Shown here in pieces: positions 20,284 to 28,092 of a DNA stretch of 64,000 nt. The stretch is from the NCBI GenBank assembly GCA_963743585.1, contig CAVUQI010000001.1, positions 500,476 through 564,475 of the forward strand, written 5' to 3'. The notes under the pieces are model-generated. The model had not been told where the DNA came from, ran no database searches, and was given only the letters and a program-made list of their open reading frames with translations. Source of the DNA: an uncultured Acidobacteriaceae bacterium (GTDB lineage Bacteria > Acidobacteriota > Terriglobia > Terriglobales > Acidobacteriaceae). Position 1 is the stretch's first letter, and every line of letters begins with the position of its first letter. The position numbers were made by a program, and so were the translations under genes.

Positions 20284-20655
20284 ATGTCTGGACAGAACCT
20301 TATTCCTCCGCAAGAAGATGATGGCAATCCGATTCTCTCGCCTGTCCCAATTCCTCTCACCGTGCAATATGTTCAGAGGAGTATGCGCATGATTCCTGTA
20401 AACAGCCATGAATTGGATACCGTCGCATCTCTTAGCAACTCGGTCAACTTAGCATTTTTCACTTTGTGCGTGGGGCTGGCTGCTGCCTTTGGACTTGTTC
20501 TCAATCAGGGCGGTATCACTGATGCCATGAAGCACGCTGAATATGTGAGTCTGTTCGCTGTGTCGGTAGTAGGTTCACTTTATTTCGGAGTCAGAGCATT
20601 GGTTGACCACCGAGCGGCGAAAAGAAGATTGGATGACATTAAGCGCGGCAAGTGA
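20284..20655 (+). CDS. Passenger gene B: 123-aa hypothetical 2-TM membrane protein with basic C-terminal tail
   Basis: ATG lies 1 nt after the stop of gene A. Two hydrophobic helices (VNLAFFTLCVGLAAAFGLVL and YVSLFAVSVVGSLYFGV). Tail HRAAKRRLDDIKRGK. Confidence 0.6.
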   Translation: MSGQNLIPPQEDDGNPILSPVPIPLTVQYVQRSMRMIPVNSHELDTVASLSNSVNLAFFTLCVGLAAAFGLVLNQGGITDAMKHAEYVSLFAVSVVGSLYFGVRALVDHRAAKRRLDDIKRGK

Positions 20656-20800
20656 TTCGCGGTTTATTTTGTCGCTGGTTTCCGTAATGGAGGCGCGTTG
20701 ACCACTCGTTTAAGCAGTTTTTTGAACTTGCGAAACCCCGGCGGCTTCTTGGGCTTTGGTTCTTTTCCCTCTACCTTGTCGTGGTTCTTTTCCATGCGCA

Positions 20801-21729
20801 TCACCCTAACACTAGCGCATACGTCAAGCGCTTGCCGACAATGGAATCGAGCACTTTCTGGAATCTTTCTGCACTGGTTAGCTTACGCTCGTTATAGCGA
20901 AAGGCTTGCTCATCAAGGTATCTGAATAAATGAAACGGCTCGACACTCACATACGTTCCTTTGATCGAGCGCTTCAACAGCGACCAGAAATTCTCAAGGC
21001 GATTAGTGTGAACGTTGCCATTAACGTATTCTTCGGCATGATCGACAACCTTGTGCGCGTAGTCAGACTCAAGCCCATCATACGATTTCAGCGCGTCAGT
21101 ATAAACTGCCGTTCCCGCTGCGACGTTCTCTCTAATTCGTCGTTGCAGTTCACCTTTGCGCCGCGTGCTCACAACGGACGTGCGAATCTTTCCAGTCTCG
21201 CGCTCCAACAATCCGAATACAACAGCTTTTCCCATGGGGCCGCGTCCACGAATCTTTTCCATGCGCTTCCCGATGTGCATATTTCGTGCCTTCCCGCCGA
21301 TAAAGGTTTCATCTGCTTCCACGGTACCAGTCATTTTGTTGACGCTACCCGTGTGCATGGCGTAGCGGATACGATGCAGCATGAACCATGCCGACCGCTG
21401 AGTAACTTTGATCGCGTCGGCAAGTTCGTAACTGCTGATGCCGTTCTTACAATTCGCAAGCAGCCACATCGCCGTCAGCCATTTGTCGAGCGGAATCGCG
21501 CTGTCCTCAAAGATCGTTCCGACCTTGACGGAGAACTGCTTCTTGCAATCGAGGCACTTCCACATCAGGCGCGTAGTCAGAAACGACAGCCGTTTGGATG
21601 CACATTGCGGACAAGCAGGCCATTAGGCCACTTGGACTCGGCAACGTGTTTCAGGCAGACCATAGGGTCAGAAAAATACCGAATAGCTTCCATCAAACCA
21701 TTGGCGCTGTATGGTTTATCGTTTCTCAT
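20801..21729 (-). pseudogene. IS1595 family transposase, apparent 1-nt deletion near codon 37
   Basis: MRNDKPYSANGLMEAIRYFSDPMVCLKHVAESKWPNG (frame a) continues as PACPQCASKRLSFLTTRLMWKCLDCKKQFSVKVGTIFEDS... (frame of ORF 20801..21565). Junction near 21618..21621; length 3n+2. N-terminal zinc ribbon plus DDE_Tnp_IS1595-like core (DETFIGG, VYTDALKSY, HTNRLENFWSLLKR). Confidence 0.85.
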
Positions 21730-21753
21730 GAGGTGAGTCTAGCACATCATGAA

Positions 21754-21777
21754 AGGTGAGTCAAGTGATTTGTTGCC
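21754..21777. repeat. Transposase-proximal terminal inverted repeat of the IS1595-family element
   Basis: See the mobile_element entry. The 9-mer AGGTGAGTC also recurs subterminally at 21731..21739. Confidence 0.8.
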
Positions 21778-21785
21778 AAAAAAAG
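21778..21785. repeat. Target-site duplication AAAAAAAG (right copy)
   Basis: Identical to 19857..19864. Confidence 0.8.
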
Positions 21786-21846
21786 CCGCAATTTCTTTCC
21801 AGGAATCCAGCCGATGAGACGCCAACGGGTCGCGATGAGCTGCCAT
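21778..21846 (-). pseudogene. HTH+TPR regulator, 5' fragment (23 codons) cut off by the IS insertion
   Basis: The minus strand reads MAAHRDPLASHRLDSWKEIAAFF, then runs into the IS inverted repeat. It joins in frame to G RAERTVKRWE at 19856 once the element is removed. Confidence 0.65.
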
Positions 21847-22015
21847 AAAGGGAAATGACCTGTACTGACCCGTAGCGGCCTGAACTGTCTCTTGCGGGGG
21901 GGGAACGCCGGGGAACCATAGTATAGCCCGAACCCGCGCGTTGCGCTCCCCCACTAGAGTGCCCCCTCAGGCATTAGGCCCCGCGCATAAACCTAACAAC
22001 CTCAGGAGGATTTGG

Positions 22016-23683
22016 ATGTCGGCTCAGTCTTTTTGTCGCCAGGCTTCGGCTTTGGCTTTCGCATTTATCTCCGTTTTCGCTGTTTTCGGTAGCGCTTCAG
22101 CCCACGCGCAAACTTTTAAACCGATCTTTGAGGGAACAAACGCCACTACCATCGTGAACCCCTCCAGCAGGGTTGTGACCCAGGGCACCGATGGCGACAT
22201 GTATTTCACCAGCGAAAACGGCGGCACTTTTTATGGAACGCTGTTTAAGGTGTCACCGACCGGAGCAGGTGCACTGGTTTATGACATTTCCTATTTTCCG
22301 ACCAGCGGCGTCAGCCTTGGCCTGGACGGCGAATACTACGGAACCAACGGAGACGGCGGACCGGGCGGCGGTTGCGGTTTTTCCGGATGCGGCCAAATCT
22401 ATAAGGTGTCGGAAGCCGGAAAAGAGACGATTCTATACAGCTTTACCGGTGAGGGCGACGGTGCGGACCCGCAGTCTCCCCCAATCCTCGCCGCTAACGG
22501 CCTTTTCTACGGCACCGCACCCGCTGGCGGCGCCAATAGCGCCAGCACTGCATACTCGATCAGTTCCTCCGGAGCATTCAAGATCCTGCACACCTTCGCC
22601 GCAACTGAAGGGCAACAGGTGCAGGCGGAACTGGTGCAGGGACTCGATGGCAACTTTTACGGCACGGCTGTTAACGGCGGGGCTAATGGTCTTGGAACGA
22701 TCTTCAAGATGAGCCCCACCGGCACCGTGGCGGTGTTGCATAACTTCGCGGGATCCGATGGCTCGAATCCATGCTGCGGACTGTTGCTGGCCAGCGACGG
22801 AAATTTCTATGGCACGACCAGTAATGGCGGAGGCGAGGGCATTGCGGGTGTAATCTTTCGGATCACGCCGGCAGGCGTCTACACCGTGCTTCACAGCATC
22901 AATCCCGCGAATGGGGATGGCACGGGGCCGGGATCCACGCTGACCCAAGGCACCGACGGAAAACTCTATGGCGTCACCGCCTCCGGCGGTGGTGGGGTGA
23001 GCGGCACGCTCTTTAACATGACCACGACCGGCACGTTTAAGACTTTGTATACATTTTGCAGCAGTGGAACTTGTACTGACGGCTACGGGCCCAGCTCTCC
23101 GCTGAAGCAGAATACGAATGGCGTCTTTTATGGCAGCACTTGGTCCGGCGGGGATTTGACACAGTGCAACGGGGAAGGTTGCGGCGAGGTCTACAGCTTG
23201 AGCACGGGGCTGAAGCCTTTCGTATCGCTGCCGCTCGCATCCGGCGAAGAGGGCGCGAAGGAAGAGATCCTGGGCCAAGGCTTCACCACGTCATCGACCG
23301 TTAGCTTTGGTGGAACTCCGGCGACCATCACTGAGGCAACCAGCAAACTTCTGGTGGTCAAGGTTCCGGCGGGAGCGTTGACGGGTTCGGTGACAGTCAC
23401 AACCGGGTCTGAAACATTGACCAGTTCCCGGATCTTCCGCGTAACTCCGACCTTCCTTTCGTTCGATCCGACGAGCGGACAGGTGGGAACGCCTGTGACC
23501 ATTACGGGAACCGGGTTGACGCAAACCATCGGCGTGGCGTTCGATGGGACCGCAGCAAGTTTTACGGTTGATTCCGACACGCAGATCACGGCAACGGTTC
23601 CGAGCGGAGCCAAGAGCGGAAAAATCACTGTTACTACCCAGGGAGGAAGCGTGAGCAGTAGCACCAGCTTTACGGTGAATTAG
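22016..23683 (+). CDS. Secreted GloVer-type tandem-repeat protein with C-terminal IPT/TIG-like domains
   Basis: AGGAGG before ATG 22016; signal peptide ending ASAHAQ. Repeats of the type GTLFKVSPTG...LYSF...DGxxP...DGxFYGTTxxGG. Three C-terminal segments of about 80 aa: FTV..ITGTGL / GKITVTT. Confidence 0.8.
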   Translation: MSAQSFCRQASALAFAFISVFAVFGSASAHAQTFKPIFEGTNATTIVNPSSRVVTQGTDGDMYFTSENGGTFYGTLFKVSPTGAGALVYDISYFPTSGVSLGLDGEYYGTNGDGGPGGGCGFSGCGQIYKVSEAGKETILYSFTGEGDGADPQSPPILAANGLFYGTAPAGGANSASTAYSISSSGAFKILHTFAATEGQQVQAELVQGLDGNFYGTAVNGGANGLGTIFKMSPTGTVAVLHNFAGSDGSNPCCGLLLASDGNFYGTTSNGGGEGIAGVIFRITPAGVYTVLHSINPANGDGTGPGSTLTQGTDGKLYGVTASGGGGVSGTLFNMTTTGTFKTLYTFCSSGTCTDGYGPSSPLKQNTNGVFYGSTWSGGDLTQCNGEGCGEVYSLSTGLKPFVSLPLASGEEGAKEEILGQGFTTSSTVSFGGTPATITEATSKLLVVKVPAGALTGSVTVTTGSETLTSSRIFRVTPTFLSFDPTSGQVGTPVTITGTGLTQTIGVAFDGTAASFTVDSDTQITATVPSGAKSGKITVTTQGGSVSSSTSFTVN

Positions 23684-23772
23684 GGCGGCTCTTTTTTATC
23701 CATCCGACCTCAGCGGAAGTTGCGAATGGCTCGTCGTAAGTCGAAGTTTCCTGCCATCGCGTACCTCCAAAA

Positions 23773-23809
23773 GGTAGTGTCCTGATATTGCAGTAATCAG
23801 GACACTACC
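23773..23809. other. Perfect 14-bp stem hairpin/palindrome in an intergenic region
   Basis: GGTAGTGTCCTGAT-attgcagta-ATCAGGACACTACC; no T-tract follows. Confidence 0.7.
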
Positions 23810-23860
23810 GCTCGAAACGCGCCCTTGCAAAATTTTCCCTCGTCATGCACCCTCGATGGG

Positions 23861-24460
23861 ATGGCGCGAAAGAACGGCCGTACCGGCGGTTTTCTTTTAC
23901 TCACAATATTTCTTATCGCCGTGGCTGTGGCGGGCCACGCGCAATCTGCTCCCGAACACGGCAGCAACGAACTTCAGGTGTGGGCCGCGGGGGGGCATTC
24001 GGTCGCAGGCGGAACTTCGAAGACAGAAGTTTTCAATGCGGGCATTCGTTACGGCCGAGTGATTTCGGCTCTTCATTGGCCGTCAATTTTGCGGGGGCGA
24101 TTCGAATACACGGTTGAATTCGTCCCCGTCTATCTGATTTTTCAGCCGGCGAACACCGCTTTTGGATGGGGATTCAATCCATTGGGACTGAAGTGGGATT
24201 TCCAGCGGCGTCGGCGATTCTCGCCATATCTTGAACTCGATGGCGGAACGGTATTCAGCAATCACAACGTTCCAACCTACACGAACGACGTGAACTTTAC
24301 TCCCAGCGCGGCGTTGGGCACGCACATCCTGGGTGAGAAATATAACTGGAGCGTGGAAGTGCGCTATCTGCACATTTCGAGCGCCGGATTGGGAACCTAC
24401 AACCCGGGATTAAATACGGTGCAAGTGCGTCTCGGCGTGGGAAGGTTCTGGAAGAGATAG
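23861..24460 (+). CDS. Acyloxyacyl hydrolase / PagL-like outer-membrane beta-barrel (lipid A deacylase family)
   Basis: Signal peptide ending AGHAQS; alternating beta-strand pattern; C-terminal YLHISSAGL...VRLGVGRFW resembles the H-x-S motif region of the family. Confidence 0.6.
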   Translation: MARKNGRTGGFLLLTIFLIAVAVAGHAQSAPEHGSNELQVWAAGGHSVAGGTSKTEVFNAGIRYGRVISALHWPSILRGRFEYTVEFVPVYLIFQPANTAFGWGFNPLGLKWDFQRRRRFSPYLELDGGTVFSNHNVPTYTNDVNFTPSAALGTHILGEKYNWSVEVRYLHISSAGLGTYNPGLNTVQVRLGVGRFWKR

Positions 24461-24494
24461 ATCCAAAGCCTCTCAATGACGCCGCATCGGGGCG

Positions 24495-24743
24495 TTACGT
24501 CACCGTGACGCAAATCGGTTTCGCGCAGCAAGTGGCGATGAAATAATACTCCCCGGCGGGCAAGCCGCTTTTTATGCCGACAGCCGCCGGAGAAGGCAGA
24601 CGGACCGGCGGTCGAACATTAAACGGCCAGGGGTCATTGTCATCGGCGGTGAGGGTGCAGCCGGAAGGCGGGATGTTGGTTCAGTTCACGCCGTCGCCAG
24701 GCTTGGCAGTGAAGTTTTGGCAGATCGGAATGTTGTGGGACAT
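24495..24743 (-). pseudogene. Small Cys-containing protein, paralog of 24866..25204, with in-frame TGA at codon 21
   Basis: MSHNIPICQNFTAKPGDGVN*TNIPPSGCTLTADDNDPWPFNVRPPVRLPSPAAVGIKSGLPAGEYYFIATCCAKPICVTVT. The stop is at 24681..24683. Aligns with the neighbour over GD.V....IP..C..TA....WPF...PP..LP....KS.L..G.Y....CC....VTV. Confidence 0.5.
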
Positions 24744-24865
24744 GGCCACGGAAGCTTCCTCGCTGAGTCGCGCCAAGGGCAGTTCAATCGATAATCGGCA
24801 AAAAGAGTCGATGGCCCAAGGCGGGCGGAGAAAATTTCTATGAATTTCTCCGCCCCAAGGTCGGT

Positions 24866-25204
24866 TTACTTTTGGCGATGCGTGCGATGCATTGAGTCGC
24901 CAACGGTCACCGTATGCTGTGCGTTATCTTGCGTGCAGCAGCTTACGTTGTAATTGTAATTTCCATCCTCTAAGTCGGATTTAAGCGTGATGGTGCTGGC
25001 AGGCGGAAGATAGATGGGAGGGCCCGAGGTGAACGGCCACTCGGTAGTGCCCGCCGTGATTTCGCAGTTGTGGCTTAGGTAGTTGCAGGTCGTGGGAATG
25101 CTTTGAAAATCCACATAGTCCCCGGCGTCGGCGTCGAAATCACTGCAAAGCTCGGGTGTACGCGTGGTTGGCGTTGGTGTATTGGGTACGCGAGCGGTTG
25201 CCAT
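24866..25204 (-). CDS. Small (112 aa) Cys-containing hypothetical protein downstream of the Ser/Thr kinase
   Basis: Intact ORF on the same strand as the kinase, 118 nt after it. Paralogous to the interrupted ORF at 24495..24743. Confidence 0.55.
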   Translation of the reverse strand: MATARVPNTPTPTTRTPELCSDFDADAGDYVDFQSIPTTCNYLSHNCEITAGTTEWPFTSGPPIYLPPASTITLKSDLEDGNYNYNVSCCTQDNAQHTVTVGDSMHRTHRQK

Positions 25205-25322
25205 AATTAGTTATTCCTTTCGGATTGTCCAGGGCAACATCATCGAACTGGCTGCCCGTGGCTGGATTTTCTAACCTGGTCCCCTCCTCGTATAGTTCGC
25301 GGGGAGTTACTGCTAGGAGTTA

Positions 25323-27947
25323 CTAATGAGACGACTTCATCAACTGCTGATAACCCGGCGTGTTGGCCAGGTTGTCGAATTCGTGCAAGCTGCGAATTTT
25401 CTCGGGAGTATACCCCGCCTGCACCATTTTTGCCAGAAATTCCAAGGCCAGGCCGGATTCGCCCAACTGGTTATATACCTCGGCGGCGTCCCACAATACA
25501 TCTTTATCGTTGTGCCCATATTGCAAGGCTTGCCCAAGATAGAGCAAGGCGTTCTTGCGGTCGCCCAGCATGGAGCAGTAACCGGCTAGGTTGCTGAGCA
25601 CATCCGGATCGTGAGGATTGATCTTGAGGGCTTCAGTAGCGAGTTCGACGGCCCTGCGGTAAGGAGCTACGGATTGGTCTTTGGCCCCGGAGTAATAGCG
25701 CGCGGCCCCCAGGTTTCCCCATATCACGTATTCCTGCGGGCTCAGTTTGGCTGCTTCCTCGTATGCGTCGGCGGCTTCGGCAAACTTCCGCAAGCCAGAA
25801 TATGCCACGCCCAGATTGACAAATCCCGCATAGCTTGGGCGAAGGGCGACCGATTTTTTCAGCGGGTCGATCGCCTTTTCATACTGCCCCATTTCGACAT
25901 AAATGGCCCCAATATTCACGTATGTGCCATACCACTCGGGAGCAATTTGAATGACCTTGGCGTACATCTGCAACGCTTTGTCATATTCGTTGCGGCGCTG
26001 ATAAAACCTCCCCGCTTCGTTGTAGCTGTTGCGGCTGTTGGGATGCGATTGAATTACTTGCTGGAAGGTCGCTTCCGCTTCCGTGATCTTCCCTTCGTTT
26101 TCGTAAGCGCGAGCTAATTGAATAGCTGCTTCCTCGTTGGCCGGTTCAAGACTGAGGGCCGCCTGGAACTCCTTCACTGCCGCATCATGCTGCCCGGTTC
26201 CATCTTCGATCCGGCCCAGACAGATATGTCCGGCGGCGCCGGCGTTGCCCAGCTTCACCGCCTCGTTACATTCCGCCTGCGCGGGCGCGACCCATTTTTT
26301 CTCTTTCGTGCCCGTGTACCTCAGCCAGTCGCTTTCCCCCAGTACGGCTTTGGCCATGCCGAAATTGGGATCGAGCTTGAGCGCTTCGTGGGCCATCAGC
26401 GCCGCATTGTCGAGATTCTCAGCTCTGCTGCTGTCGAGCAGATAGCCTCGCGCCTGCAAATAGTACTTGTAGGCTTCAGGTTGGTCGGTGCCGTGGACTT
26501 TGAGCGCAGTTTCTTCTTCCGGGCGAAGCTGCAGTTTGAGGGCCCTGACAGCGCCATCGGCAACGTTGCTTTCCACGGAGAATACATCGGAGGCGGGAAC
26601 AGAAACGGAATCGCCCCCGAGCGCAGCATTGTTTTTAGCGCTGCTCACAGTATAGGAAACTTTGATCAACTCGCCGTTGGGCTCGAGGCTGACGGCAAGT
26701 CCAAGATTTGCGCCGAACATGTGCGCCGCATCCGCGAGCGTGGAAATGTGTTTTTCCTGTAAGCTGCGCGGCGGGATGACTTCAAAGGCGCGATCGTTGC
26801 TGAGGCCGCCAAGCTTGGCCCCAAGGCTCTCGACCAGTCCTTCGCCAAGGGCGGTGAGTTTGGGATCGGCATTCGGAGGAGCAGCAAAAGGTAGGACGGC
26901 AAGAATTTCGGTTTGCGGCAATCCGGATTGGGCAGCCGATGCGGCGTTGTTCGCGGTCGAGAAGGCGCGGTGCAATAAACGATAGGCGAAGAATCCGGCA
27001 AGAACGATAACAACGATAGCGATGGCTGCGAGCGCGCGATATTGATGGAATGCGCCGGGAGCGGATGCCATGCCCCTGGGCTTGCGGCCTCCCTGCACGC
27101 GGCGCAAATCAGCTAGAACGGCCGCGGCATCGGGATAACGGGCCTCAGGCTTTTTCTCGATCATCCGCGTAACTACGCGGGCGAGCGGGCCGGGAACATT
27201 TTTAAGCGAGGGCGGCTCTTCGTGAACGATGCGGGCGACGGTGGTAGCCAGGCTATCACTGTGGAATGGCTGCTCGCCGCCAAGCATTTCGTAGAAAACC
27301 AGGCCAAGCGAGAATATGTCGGAGCGGCCATCGTCGGGCTTTTGCAGCAAAACCTCCGGAGCCATATAGGCGGGCGTGCCGCCGCTGGCGGTCATGGTCT
27401 CCATGCTCTTGGTGGCATCGTCCGGATTTGCCGGTCGAAGGGCGCGGCGGGCAACCCCGAAATCGAGAATCTTCACCCGGCTGCCTGGCGTGATCATGAT
27501 GTTTTCAGGCTTGATATCGCCGTGAATGATGCCTTTTTCGTGCGCGGCCTGCAGGCCTTCGCAGCATTGCGCCGCGATGGCGAAAAATTCTTCGGAGGAA
27601 ATCGGCTGCTTCAGACGATGGCGCAGCGTCTGGCCTTCCACGTACTCCATGACCAGCCAGAGTTCGCCGGCGTGTTCAACCACGTCGTAGACTCCGCCAA
27701 CGTTGGTGTGATTGAGCGCGGAGGCGCGCTGGGCTTCTTTGAGAAAACGCTTGCGATCGGCAGAGTCGGATTCCGAGCGGGAAGAAGCTCGCTTGATGGC
27801 AACCTTTCGCTTGAGCGTCGGGTCTTCGGCAATAAAAACCTGACCCATGCCGCCCGCACCGATTCTGCGCCCCACGACGAAACGGCCCACGAGCGTGCCC
27901 GTGAGAGTATCAACGGCGACAGGGGGCGTCTTGATTTCGTCCGGCAT
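25323..27947 (-). CDS. Ser/Thr protein kinase with TM segment and C-terminal TPR array
   Basis: Hanks motifs GAGGMGQV, VAIK, HGDIKPENIM, DFG, GTPAYMAPE. TM helix ALAAIAIVVIVLAGFFAY. Multiple TPRs. Alternative upstream start at 27998. Confidence 0.9.
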   Translation of the reverse strand: MPDEIKTPPVAVDTLTGTLVGRFVVGRRIGAGGMGQVFIAEDPTLKRKVAIKRASSRSESDSADRKRFLKEAQRASALNHTNVGGVYDVVEHAGELWLVMEYVEGQTLRHRLKQPISSEEFFAIAAQCCEGLQAAHEKGIIHGDIKPENIMITPGSRVKILDFGVARRALRPANPDDATKSMETMTASGGTPAYMAPEVLLQKPDDGRSDIFSLGLVFYEMLGGEQPFHSDSLATTVARIVHEEPPSLKNVPGPLARVVTRMIEKKPEARYPDAAAVLADLRRVQGGRKPRGMASAPGAFHQYRALAAIAIVVIVLAGFFAYRLLHRAFSTANNAASAAQSGLPQTEILAVLPFAAPPNADPKLTALGEGLVESLGAKLGGLSNDRAFEVIPPRSLQEKHISTLADAAHMFGANLGLAVSLEPNGELIKVSYTVSSAKNNAALGGDSVSVPASDVFSVESNVADGAVRALKLQLRPEEETALKVHGTDQPEAYKYYLQARGYLLDSSRAENLDNAALMAHEALKLDPNFGMAKAVLGESDWLRYTGTKEKKWVAPAQAECNEAVKLGNAGAAGHICLGRIEDGTGQHDAAVKEFQAALSLEPANEEAAIQLARAYENEGKITEAEATFQQVIQSHPNSRNSYNEAGRFYQRRNEYDKALQMYAKVIQIAPEWYGTYVNIGAIYVEMGQYEKAIDPLKKSVALRPSYAGFVNLGVAYSGLRKFAEAADAYEEAAKLSPQEYVIWGNLGAARYYSGAKDQSVAPYRRAVELATEALKINPHDPDVLSNLAGYCSMLGDRKNALLYLGQALQYGHNDKDVLWDAAEVYNQLGESGLALEFLAKMVQAGYTPEKIRSLHEFDNLANTPGYQQLMKSSH

Positions 27948-28092
27948 TTTAGAACTGCCCGATTCTTCACATTCTAAACAGATTATTCGGGAAACCAAAG
28001 TAGCACATCAGTTGAATCGTGCCGCACGAAAGTGGTGAAGTGCGATCCGCGGAGTTGCTTCGTGGAGTGCACGCCAGCTATCCTGCTCACCT

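Larger units (their letters stand above)
19865..21777 (-). mobile_element. IS1595-family transposon (1913 bp) carrying two passenger genes
   Basis: 24-bp terminal inverted repeats: 19865..19888 is GGCATTAAATCACAAGACTCACCT, and the reverse complement of 21754..21777 is GGCAACAAATCACTTGACTCACCT (20/24 identical). 8-bp direct repeats flank the element. An IS1595-type transposase lies inside. Excising the element plus one DR restores the host reading frame. Confidence 0.85.

Noticed and set aside
21600-21640. Programmed -1/+1 frameshifting in the transposase.
   Set aside because: There is no slippery heptamer (A-AAA-AAG type) or downstream structure at the junction (AATGGCCTGCTT). To my knowledge the IS1595 family encodes a single-ORF transposase.
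24681-24683. In-frame TGA as selenocysteine or readthrough codon.
   Set aside because: The position aligns with an aromatic residue (Phe) in the paralog and is one transition away from TGG. I saw no obvious hairpin immediately downstream and no Cys-type redox context. A nonsense mutation or base error is more parsimonious.
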